DNA from: Ascidiella aspersa
Taxonomy: Eukaryota
Direction of reading: 5' to 3'
NCBI GenBank assembly: GCA_963924565.1
Contig: OZ004611.1
Span: 21,018,001-21,082,000, forward strand
DNA: 64,000 nt
A model generated the notes under the pieces. That model was not told where the DNA came from. It did not search any database and worked only from the letters and a program-made list of their open reading frames with translations. Numbering within the stretch: position 1 is the stretch's first letter; every line of letters starts with the position of its first letter. Positions 52,519 through 64,000 of this stretch are shown one piece after another. A program made the position numbers and the translations under genes.

Positions 52519-54151
52519 TTCTATATCATCACAGGCTAACGTCACGTATAGGCCATACTCCACACAAAATCCAATTGCTGCACAATTAATTAAATTAATT
52601 CAACCTTTGCCGTTTAGATAATTCTATAATGTCTTGAAGAATGTTCATTTAATCATAGGAAACACGTCTCAAACTTTTTAATAAGGTAAACGCTTCTAGC
52701 GAAATGTTTACGTTGTTTCGACGCAGCAGCATAGCTTGGAGTTGAAGTACCTCACAACTTGTTTGCCCAAATCTTATTCGAGAACTACTAGGTACAAAAC
52801 AGTGCCTGTTTCATAACGTTAGTTGACGTAACTTAAAGGCCTTAATCCGGATACGCTTATTTGTCCCGTCGGTATAAAAGTTTGCACACCCCTGATTTTA
52901 GACAACGACAGTTTGCAGCTCGTGAGACTAGTCGGTTAACATTATAACTTACAAAATAACATTACAGTATAGAAACGGTAATATAATTAGACAATTGGTA
53001 ATTGTTGATTCTCGACTCACTTCGAGTTTCGGACAAATAAATATATCGCATTATAAACTATGCTGCGTTCACTATAGCATGTCGTTTATTTACTGCTTTC
53101 GCGACACGCGTTATGCGTCTCGTTGTACCTCGTTGTGTTGCTTGTAATTTACAGTGTTATGCTTGTGGCCCCCAGTGACTTTATGCTCCGTGCCTACTTT
53201 TTTGCTGTTTGTGACGTAACTACTTTCGTGAAAATACTTCTGTCAAAAAGGGCCAAAGGTGCCAGTTTTTCTCGCGTGCAACGTTTCGACTGTAATAAAT
53301 TAAGACTGTATAAAGTTAGTATTTTCATTTTGCGCTTTACTACGGTAATGAAATATTTTTGTGAGATTTGCAGTTCAACTTATTTTGTTAAACTTTACGT
53401 CTCCTAAAAGTGTTAAGTAACTCAGCCCATTTGTGGGGGCTGATTTAGTGTCCTCGACAATCAAAAGTTAAAAAATTGTTTTGATATGTGTTTGCAGCAC
53501 TTCAAACCCAATAATTGAAGCGGTTAAGAGGTCAAACCATAAATATATTTAAAGCCCTTTGACGTGTGAAGCCACAAGTAGTGAAGCAGTCTAATGCAGA
53601 CTTTTTAGGCATGCAATGTTTTTTTTTTATATTGTTTGGGTACGACTAATAATCGCGCTCAGCATTGTAAACATACTGGCCTGAATTTAAAATGACTTGT
53701 CTTTGAATAAAATAACTTTTGTAAAATTCTATTATCAATCCGTAATTTTGTACACGTAAGTAGATACTTGCTAATTGTTTCGTTTTATATGATGGTTGTT
53801 AAAAATATTTAATACTTACAGAAACACACAAAAAGATTTTCGTCGTAGAATAATTTTTGCAAAAATTAAAACTTGTAATAACGAAAAACATTTAAAGTTT
53901 TATTACATTTAACATTGTGAGATGTTCAAACAGCTTAAACAACTTGCTTCTGTTTATGAAAATTAAAAAAGTTTCATTATTGCACGACACCTTCTGAAAA
54001 TATTGCACCATCCTTCAATTGGCGGTGAAAGGTTAAAACATTTAACAACGACAATTGGTCATTCCGCCGTAGTTTTTAGGGTCACACAATGCGAGGCGGC
54101 GGGCCATGATTTAGAAATTTATTTCAACGACTCTTGATTGTGCAGGGAAGA

Positions 54152-57100
54152 TTAGATTTTTCCGGACATAGTGTACTTCTCGCGGAGCTCTTTCAGCTTT
54201 AGTTGGCAAATCCTTATTTCCCCTTTGAGTTTGATTTGCTCGATTGCCTGACAGCAAAGCTCACCGTCCTTGCTGCAGTTTTGGGTCTGGTAGGCGAGCA
54301 TTGCATCTTTCACGCTCTGCAAGGCCTTGCGAGCTTGGTCCAGGTTGTCGGGCTGAGCCGCCGACATGTACAGACAGCCCTGGAAGAACCTGCAGTGGCC
54401 GAAGGCTCTGCATTTGAACTGTAGCTGCGGGTCCAGGTCATCTTCAAGTTTGACGACCGCCTGCATCAGAGTACCTTGGCAAAGAGCAAAATAAGGTTGC
54501 GCGACAAAGGACACTTTGCATGCAAGCGGCACTTTTTTGTGGTATTCTTTAGCATGACCTTAGTTTTAGTGCAAACAAAATTTGCAGCTCCTTAAAAAAT
54601 ATTGAAAAGTCACCATAAATGATATTTTGAATCGCAGCTGCTTTATTGAGCTGCATGTTGTCAACTTATACGAAAAGGTTATTTTGCCGTGAATGAACGT
54701 CGCGCTTTTGCATTATAACAAAAGGTGCACACTTTAAAATGACGTTTTTTGGTCTATAGTGTCTATACCAGGGATGGTTTACCACGGCACGCCAATCAAT
54801 TCAACGCTCATGTTATATCACAGTGGTTCTCAAAGTATGGGTCGCGACCCAAACGTGGGTCGCGCAGGGTCAAAAAATGGGTCGCTCTATGATGATTCAA
54901 TCCTGCACAAACGGACTTTTTTCATTTCATTTTTTTTAATATTTTCAATGCAATCATAACTGAGTTGTTGCAACATAAGCTTTCCACGTGACTTCGAATC
55001 TGTAACGTGGATTATTGCACCATAAGTGGTTTTATGAACGTTTGACAGCCAACTACAGTAGCTGCTAAGACTGGTGTAAGCTTTTAGTCACCAAACAAGC
55101 CACGCTGACATTATAAAGGAAAAAGTCAGTTTCACCAATCACACTAAAATAAATCAATCATTTGTTTGTAATCAATCATTGTTCCATAGAACTGTGTACT
55201 ACATCTGGTTGTCGGGGTCTTTTTCTATTTCATGCATATCGGAAAAAGTACATTTTTTGTTGTTTGAGACTTGGGTCGTGAGTTGCTTATAAAACTCAGA
55301 TTTGGGTCGCGCTTAAAAAGTTTAAGAACCACTGTTATATCACCTTACGAAAGTACAACATTTCATCACTACTACATAATTAATTAATTTAATATTACAT
55401 CACTAACACTAGCGCTAACTAAATGGTTTAACACATTTCCAGCTCGTGTCACGAATATGTGTCTTAACTGTTGTATTCAACATTATTTTTTGAGTGCGTT
55501 AAACTTGTTGTTTAACGACTAACCGTTCGTATTACGTCACAATGCCCCAAAAGTGGCGTGACGCTTACTGCGTTAATGCAGGGCATTCCACAGTACATTA
55601 GTGGTTCTCAACCGCCGGTTCGCGTCAACTTTCCTACCGGTCCGTGAAATATGTTACAATTTTATATCTTAATTGCAAAATGCAAGATGTTGAAGGCTGC
55701 TTGTCCATCAAATTTAGAACTTCGCCAGTTCCGTAATTTGCAGCCTTGTGACGTAAATAGAGTTAATGATATTATTTGGACTTCATTGTACGTCACAATG
55801 CTCCAGTGTTTAAAATTAGGCTACAACTCGTTTAAGTCTTAAACTTTAAGAACAGTTGTACGTGAAAAACTTCCATAGAACCATGTATAACACGTATGAT
55901 ATCAAAAAGACAGCAGCGAATTGCTCATTACATTGAAGTTTCCGTTATTTGCTTTTAAGTTGCATACTTTTGTCGTTTTTTTAGTTTTTTGGTGATTTTA
56001 ATTTTTGAAGGTCCACCGGTCCGCAAAATTTGTTTTGAAATTTTATCGGTCCGTATGCTAAAAAGGTTGAGAACCACTGTTCTACGTTACAATCAAGCAC
56101 GTGTGTTTTTTCGCGACTGAGAGACCAACTAAAAGCGAAAGTTATAGCTAACATTTCTAGGTATCGGCTGAAAAACATTGAAGTATATTCCAAAAAAGAT
56201 AGGTAAATTAGATGTCAGATCACAGGGCTGCAGAGTCGGACTCGGGACTCAAATCCGACGTGTGCGCATGCGCACGACAAAATTTCGAAACTGATAAGCC
56301 AGAAAACTGTAACCCTGGTTTGCCAGTGCAAAACTAAACATAGAAAAATGTTTGGCACGCGAGTTGTTGATATTTTGACAGTATTCATAAACTGGCACAC
56401 TGAGTACAAAAGGTTGCCGACCCCTGGTCTATACCTTCGGATTTTGAGTGATCCTTGGAGAAATACTCGAGGATGCCGACGGTGTAGCTATAGAGGAAAT
56501 TGTACATTGGATCACAGTCACTGGTTTCCCGTTTCATTTGCAGCAACGAAGGCAGGAGGTAGTTTTTCACCAACGCGGGATTAGAAGCGTCCAGGTCCTT
56601 GACTAGGTACAGGAGGTCGCCTGAACACTTTTCTACCTCCTCCTGGTGGTACTCGATCGGTCGGGCGAGCGAGGAAAGGCGAAAGGCGAACACAAGCAAG
56701 AGTACAGCGTCGTAAATCGCCCCCTGCTCGCCCAGACGGTTCGCGTAGAGTCGCAGGTTGGTCGAGCTACACGCGTTGCTCTTCTGCACGCACTCGCACC
56801 ACATTTTCTCGCGTGTTTTTCCAGCATTTGCAAAACTGCCCTGGACGAGTTCCTTGGAATGGCGTTTGAGCAGCTTCGCCACCGCGCCGCTATTCGCAAA
56901 GCTCGGTGCAATGGAGGTCGTTTCTAGCAAGGGCGAAAAAATAAATTATTTCCAATTAGTTATTCTACTGTTCAATCTGATAAACCATCTATAGTTGTTT
57001 GTTTGTCATTTATTCCAACTAAACGCCACTGGAAACAGCATTTCCATTTAATTTGAAAAATTTTCTGCACATTTTATTGCGTATGAGTAAATACTCATTT

Positions 57101-60100
57101 TATTTAGTATTTGAACCATATAAACCAGTGGTTTTTAACTAGGGGTTCAGCGCGATGTTTTCTGAAACATTAACTCACAGCCTACCTGAAGCTCCATCAA
57201 TTATTTTTTACCAGTCCAAAGTTGGTTGTTATAAGAAGCAACTACGTAAATAAATTATTTGACACTGATCGTATATCTTTATTGTTGAATAATTGACTCA
57301 TATCCCGGATTCTCACTATTGGTCGCGGAAAAAACACAAAATTATGCGCATTTAAATGTTGTGTATTACATATATTTGCATTAAATATGATGAATTTCCT
57401 GTTTTTGTGACCGAGCGAAATGTTGGGGTTTAACAAAAGTTATATGAATGACGTAGGGGGTTAAATTAGCAAAGGTTAAAAACTACTGATATAAACGGAA
57501 ATTAAACATGAACATAACTGTATGCGAATTAGTTACCAACCTCTCTTCTTTTTAAGAAAAGACAATTCTTTTGGAAGCTCTTCCCACGAGCAACATTTGG
57601 GTTTATTCTTGCTGAGAGCGTTTCCTTTAAAAAGAAATAGCGTCACCCTCAAACAACATACTCTTATTAAAACGGTTTAATTTTAAACTGTACATTTTCA
57701 TATCCCATAACTTAAACAGGTAAACATTTTTCGGAAATTAACTCACGTCTTTGTAGCTCATTGGGCCTTGGAGGAACCTTAGGTTTTTTGCCTGCAAAAA
57801 AAGCATTCTAACAAACAATTTATTTAAAAGCTTAGTACAGTGGTTCCCAACCGCTTAATGCTTGCATATGCTATCAGGACTGTAAAATAGACTGCGGCAC
57901 CCTTAGCCTACTGGAATAAGTTGTAATGTCACAATAAACGCATCAACACTTCACAATGCAGGAAATCGAATTTCATTTACTGAACTCAACTCGCACACAA
58001 AGAATTGTAAGCGGCTTAACAATTAAGCAAAACACAGGTTCTTAAAAATTCCCAAATATCTCTCGTAAATTTAAATCTTAGAAATTATTTTTTTTTATGA
58101 ATTACTTTTTCTCAAGTTCTTTTAGACAACAGAGACCACAAAGCGCTAAAAATATGTCCACCGGTTTCGCATTATTATGGAACTACATTTGGATCTTTGT
58201 TTCCATTGTCTTACCGCGACACAACATAAATAATAATAATCAGTAACACTCGCCGCTACGGAAAAAATGGTATACTTCGCCACAATAAAAAGGTGGTTTT
58301 TAAAATCTAACCAGAATACCTACCGTCGCCAACCGAGTTAGAATGACTTGGTGTTGCACTCTTCGTCTGTTTTGTAAAAAAACATAACTTAACTTTACAC
58401 CAATGCATAACTATAGTATTGCATAATGCCACCGCGTGGCATATTGAGATCAAACCATGTATAAACCATACAAAGTATTTAATTTAGCTCTAACATAACA
58501 AATTAAAGAAACAAGTTTATCGCACTCAGTACTAAATTAAGTCAGCAAGAAAGTCTACCTGCTTTTAAAAACAGGAAAATATTAAGTGAAAAATTCGTTG
58601 TTCCTACAGAGTATTTTTGGCTATTATTTTAGTCGGTCTTACAAATAAAAATGTTCGCAGAATGGTTGGTTTGGTTTAAGCTGAGTTGTTGTTCAACGAT
58701 TTGAAGTTAAGGATTGTCAAGGATGTAAAAATACTTTATTAACAAAATACAAATGCACATAAAAATAATATATTGCGTCCAAAATTAAAGTGTAGCCATC
58801 TGCTGACAGAACGTTAAATGATCTAGCCTACACGGATTTTACCGATCGAAGTAAGGGTTTTTCAGGCGGTGTGTATGACGCAGGTTCAGTTTCGCTGCGT
58901 GTCCTGTAATTTAAAATTATACCTTTTGTTAAAAATCTCGTTCAGTGTTGCTAAATTAAATATTATATTGAATAATCTATGTGGGCAAGCAAGATTGACA
59001 GTTAAGTCAATAAATGCAAAATGGAAAAGTCCATTAAAAGAAGAAAACACAATTGCTGAAATGTTTTTAACACAATCGTGTACATTGTACAACATTACAG
59101 CAGTTGTAACAACATCTAAAAAACATAACATAAATCAAAGAAAGACTGACGACCTATACAATTGTATTTCAGCTTTATTGCTTTATTTAATTGTTCTTTA
59201 GTTCTTCACCCTAAAGTCGTTGCTAAAATACTGGCTATGATGAATTTATGTTTGCAACTCACATTCGGCCAATAAACTTTAATATCATACAGAATACCCT
59301 ATGTTACATGCCTATTGGCATTTTGTATTGCCTTCATAATTGATCGGGATTGGACTTACAGTTATTTCCTTTTGGGACTCACAAGAGTTACATAAGGGCT
59401 CACTATAGAGTATCTTAACTTGGCCCACAAAAGACCTTCTGAGTTATCGATTTGTACTGTAAAAAAACTGCGCTGCGATATCTGCAAGCGGAATCTGCTA
59501 TGCCTATTAGTTTACTTGCTCCGCTGATATATGGCTTGAAACTTGTCGTTCGTTTATGAACTAATACAATTCTGATCACCTTAGCTTAGCCCAGTGGTTC
59601 TCAACCGGGATTCTAATGCTCAAGGGTGCCGAGAGATATTTGAGAATCTTAAAAAATCTGATTTTTGCTCAATTCTTACAAATTTTTTTGTAAAGATTAG
59701 ATGGGAATAAATCCAATTATAACTTCCTACGTTGTGAAGAGTTGGTGTGTGTTGTTCGCCGTTCGTTATTGTGTCATTCTAGCAAATTACCTACGGAAAA
59801 ATCTTGTAGGGCTGCCGCAATCCATTTGTTATTTCTGCGGTGTGCCGCCAGCCATAAAGTGTTGAGAAACGCTACCTTAGCCTATTGTGGTTGGCTTGCG
59901 TGTTTGACGCGCAGTCTGAGACTGGAGTTTAACAGAAGGCGTCAATTGGAACGCCCGTCTATTGAATCAACAATATAATTCCATAGGCGTAGCCAGGGGG
60001 GCTGAGGGGTTATGGCCCCCACCCAAAAAAATTATAAATATTTTTCTCTTAATAATTTGTTTTTTCGCTTTATGAGCAGTATCAAAACAGTCGATCACAA

Positions 60101-63100
60101 GCATGCCACACCTTCAATTGTCATGAACTGTTACGCCACAAATGATGTAGTTATTATTACGTTTGCTATACATTAAAGTAGTTTTAGTACTTCAAGTCAG
60201 TTTTTGCTCTTTGAATGGTTTTTCAGTATTGCGTTAACACTCAGTCAGTTGCTGCTCGAAACGGTTTGCTAGCATTGTTATTGTGTTCGATACGGCGGTT
60301 AATACAATGACAAAAGCTAAACAAAAAAGTTCAAATTTTTGGCCCCCCAAAAAAATATTCGGCTGGCTACGCCGCTGTATAGTTCACCAAACTGAACTCG
60401 AGCCCCACTGCGCTTGGCAGAAAACAATTTTAGCGTATTTTTATGTTGTATGAAATAATACGAACTGACAGTAGGTACTAATATATATATATTTTTTGGG
60501 AGTAATATTAGCTAATCAGCAGTGCAAGCAATGTGTTGGGTTTTTACCAAAAATCTCTCTTCCTAAAAAAAAACGTTTTTATTACGAAGAAAGGGTTTTG
60601 TAAAAAAAAATCAACCCAATAACCCTCTGAAGACCGTCGAAATTAACAACATTAAAGATATGGTTAAAATACAAATATTCCTCTACAAGCCCACCTTTCG
60701 TTATTACACGTCAGTTGATTTTCGCTGATGAGAGGGAGGCGCGACGGATCTTCATACAGACGAGGCTAAAACAATGAAAATACATAGGTAGCTGAGTTAT
60801 GAAATACTATATTCGGGCTGTTTTCTTCCTTTTCACTAAACATGAAACTCAAGTCGTCAACATCCGTTGAACAATTCCATGGCGCCACGATCTTTTTCTT
60901 TATGCCATAAGCCAGGGGTGTCGAACATGTGGCACGCGTGCCAATAAAAAATGGCACGCAAGCTTATCAAATATACTAAATTTGTTATTTAGCCAATTGT
61001 CAAAAAATGCTAAATTTGTTATTCAGCTTTTTTTTCAGCGATTTGCTACTGTTTATTCACAATATAAAACAATCGCGGCAATCACGACAATTAACGATTA
61101 CTTCTAATATCAGCAAAATAATCTAGCAAATCTAGCAATTCAGGTGAGACACATTTACCAGATCTTAAAAGATCAGGAACTAAGGTCGACATTTATCTTG
61201 CAAGGGTCAAGGTGATTTCTATTATTCACATATTCAGTGCAACATTACTTCTAATATTATAGCATTATGCTGTAGTGGAGGATAGCATTCACATAGTTAT
61301 ATATAGCTTGGTTTAAAGTAGAAAAAGCCAGCTCACCAATGATTACTTAGATCTAGTAATGCACATTTCTACTACGCAGCTTAAGGCCAATCTATTTTTA
61401 GAGTCTGGCCCATGTTTTTCATGTGAAAACGTTTTTATTTTTTTGCAAAAAAGCTCTTTTACGATTAAAACGAATTAGTTACGAAATTGTGGCACAGGAA
61501 TAAGTTATAAGATAAAAATTGGCACCCAAGCATGTTTGAGTTGGACACCCCGGCGTCCGCCTTCCGCACAGTAAAACGTAACTTATTTTGTGCCTGTATA
61601 GCCAAAATATACCTGTGAGTCGTGCATATCGGATTGGAGAAAAGATGAAGAACCAGATTCCCGACTACGATCATATACAGCTCTACACAAAAAACAGTTA
61701 ACATGTTTTTTAATATGACCAAAGATCAGAGCCTAATCTATTTACAAATATTTTCTATAAAAGCATTTGATTTTACGGTTTTACATTTTTTTTTTTACTG
61801 TAATGGTCGTATCTGATCGTTAAGCTTCCCTTTTTAATGATTTGGCATAAAAAGCAATCAATTTATTCTATTGTAACGCCGAGTATTATATAACTTACTG
61901 TCTCGACATTTTTGACTAATATATCAAACGATATTACATTCATTTATTTATGTTTATCTTGCTGCAGTACGTTACATCTTTGAAGTATTTTTCTATCGAA
62001 TACAACTTGAATTATACTTACTCTGATCCATCCGTTTGCAGTTTGATATCTGCAACACAAAATGAATGTTTTGTGCGCACGACTCCCACAACGCATTGGA
62101 ATTTCTTGACAATTTTAACTAACACCCGGTATGATTGTTAAATAAATTGTTCGATTTATCGAAAGTTCTGGCTAATATAACTAGTTTAACCTTTCGTACA
62201 TCGTTTATGACGCTAAACGAAAAAACAACACTCAAAAAATGGGAGGTTGATTGTAAAAGCCACAACTCGCCATTTATATTGAAATTGATTGTATACAACC
62301 CGTCGCCCTTAAAATAAACAATCTTTGCAAATAAATCGAGGACACACAGATTCGAACGGCAGCCTATATTGCTGCTTTTTTGACACAGATTGATTTTTAC
62401 TGTGATTTAAATACACTCTAACCTATTTCTTACCCTCATACTGGTGATTAAGGTGCGAACCAGATGGGAGGCATCTTTTTTGCCGATCACTGCAAACCGG
62501 CTGAGTTCTGACCATCTCCACCGGACAGCTAATTTCAATTTCGTAATCTAAATTTGGGAGGATTCCTGTATTTGATGACTGACTCCTATAAAGAGATAGG
62601 TTTAAGTTAAGCAAAATGTGCTAGAGAACGTAGTCTTTAACTTAGGCGTTAGTGGTAATGGGTAAGTCTTGGTTGTGCTATAACGTGATTGGATTTGGTT
62701 TGAATAGGAGTTATACCAGCGTCTCTTAATCGGTGTGCCATGAAAAGTTGCCAGGTGTGCCCCGTGAAAATTGGAAATAATATAAAAAATATTAATATAT
62801 TATTGTTATTATTTTTTACTATGTCTTCCAGCTTAGGTCATTGTACAGTGAATATTATAAAGAATATGCAACTATGAGGCCAATGTTATAATAACTTACA
62901 AGAAATTTAAGAGAACTATCGCTAAAATTAAAAAAAAAGTTGATGTGCCATTTCTAATGCTCAAGGATGCCGGGAGATATTTGAGAATCTTTAAAAATCT
63001 AATTTTTGATTACCTCTTCCAGTTTTTTATGTAAGATTAGAGTGGAATACGTCCAATTATAACTTGCTACGTTGTTTAGAGTCGATGTGTGTTGTTCCAG

Positions 63101-64000
63101 TTCCGTTTATTTTGGCACTAGTGAATTACCTACGTTCTTGTAGTAATTCTTGTAGGGTTGCCGCAATCGATTTATCATTTCTGAGGGATACCGCTAGCCA
63201 TAAAAGGCTGAGAAACACCGGGCCAAGGGTTGGATTAATGTCAACTGACCTTTGCGTTTTATGATCTCTTTGTTTGATGCGCTGATGGTCTTCATGATTG
63301 GCAGGAACAACTCTCTGTCGAAATCCTGAAATGATGGACAGTCGTACAAAATGTATACGTTGGCTAATTTTTGGTATGCTTCTGTACTTACCATTTTCCG
63401 TTGGCATCCGAGGTGTCTCGTATCGATTTGGATCAGAAGAGTGATTTCGGTTGCGCACTTTTGCTCGAGGGGCGACCACTAACTTCGGATTTGTCTCATC
63501 TGACTTATCAAAACAAGAGTTGACATCATCGTAGTAGTCCAAATCCAGTGTACGATCTAATTTACAGAATCGCATTTATGACCAAAGTATGGTTAGACCA
63601 AGTTCGAAAAAGTGCCTAATTATAATATAATTATATAATTATTGATCAGCCAGATTAATAAATAAAATAAGCATCTGCAGAAAACCCACTTGGCTCGTCG
63701 ACGCACGCATCCAACGATTCGAGCGTTTGGCCTTGGAAGACATCAATTGGCCATGGGCACAGACCATCGAAAGAGCCTCCGAGGCAAGTAGACACCTGGT
63801 TTCTACCAACGTGGTTCATCAGGGCCTGTAGCTGTTGTTTGAGATGCCAGGCTGTGGGTCGTAATTTAGGCAGATCGCTCAGGCACTGTTCCACGGCCGT
63901 TTTGAGGTATTTGATGATAAGTTGCCGTTTGCTGTCGTCCGAAGTCGGAAGATCGGCAACGTCCGAATCCGCCGAAGGCCTTCGACCGATTACCACGGCG
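54152..64000 (-). CDS. Kinase-fold + Tyr-motif linker + TPR-like helical domain protein, paralog B (5' end beyond the window)
   Basis: Phase-consistent exons: >64000-63690, 63556-63392, 63325-63250, 62585-62434, 62049-62022, 61682-61613, 60765-60710, 59402-59360, 58366-58324, 57791-57747, 57624-57541, 56923-56435, 54474-54152. Homology to paralog A: IKYLKTAVEQCLSDLPKLRP vs IKHLKSLAVQCVSRIPTMRP; SDETNPK vs SDETYPK; SWEELPKEL vs SWVTLPEEL; KMWCECVQKS vs KMWRECVQKS; GCLYM; AIEQI. Confidence 0.75.
54769..56426. mobile_element. Composite hAT-type element with nested MITEs (54821-55334, 55599-56079)
   Basis: Ends CAGGGATGGTTTACC / GGTTGCCGACCCCTG; perfect TSD GTCTATAC. The inner element 54821-55334 has its own perfect TSD TTATATCA. 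Confidence 0.8.
57126..57488. mobile_element. hAT-type MITE
   Basis: TIRs CAGTGGTTTTTAAC / GTTAAAAACTACTG; perfect TSD ATATAAAC. Confidence 0.85.
59592..59874. mobile_element. hAT-type MITE (longer relative at 62717-63220)
   Basis: CAGTGGTTCTCAAC / GTTGAGAAACGCTA ends; TSD GCTTAGCC / CCTTAGCC; internal sequence from ttctaatgctcaagg onward is shared with 62952-63220. Confidence 0.75.
60913..61551. mobile_element. hAT-type MITE
   Basis: Ends CAGGGGTGTCGAAC / GTTGGACACCCCG; sub-terminal TGGCAC motifs; no clean TSD. Confidence 0.55.
62717..63220. mobile_element. hAT-type MITE
   Basis: Degenerate TIRs; homologous to 59592-59874. Confidence 0.6.

Noticed and set aside
48100-54100. Short ORFs between the two convergent paralogs
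   Set aside because: AT-rich or MITE-derived, with no motifs or coherent exon chain.

Overview
AT-rich, intron-containing animal genomic DNA, not prokaryotic. It is probably from a tunicate/ascidian; that assignment is an inference from intron size, repeat landscape and gene families. Most ORFs in the supplied track are exons or noise, so I rebuilt genes by hand from GT-AG sites and codon phases. Contents: (1) 2.2-10.7 kb, a tandem minus-strand cluster of three paralogous secreted-peptide precursor genes. They share an MNKL signal peptide, Trp-Tyr/Phe-Asp motifs and the same exon design, and one carries 28 nine-residue WYD repeats. (2) 18.3-32.2 kb, a complete 15-exon glutamate-cysteine ligase catalytic subunit gene (GCLC, about 647 aa). 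(3) 35.5-35.8 kb, a Penelope-like terminal remnant with a 40-bp perfect inverted repeat and a minimal hammerhead ribozyme core. (4) 38.2-48.0 kb (+) and 54.2-64 kb (-), two convergent paralogous genes. Each joins a RIPK/TKL-like kinase fold (catalytically degenerate in the complete copy), a micro-exon-encoded Tyr-motif linker and a TPR-like helical C-terminus. (5) Many hAT-type MITEs with 8-bp target-site duplications, several nested. The best candidates for undescribed systems are the WYD precursor cluster and the pseudokinase-linker-TPR pair.
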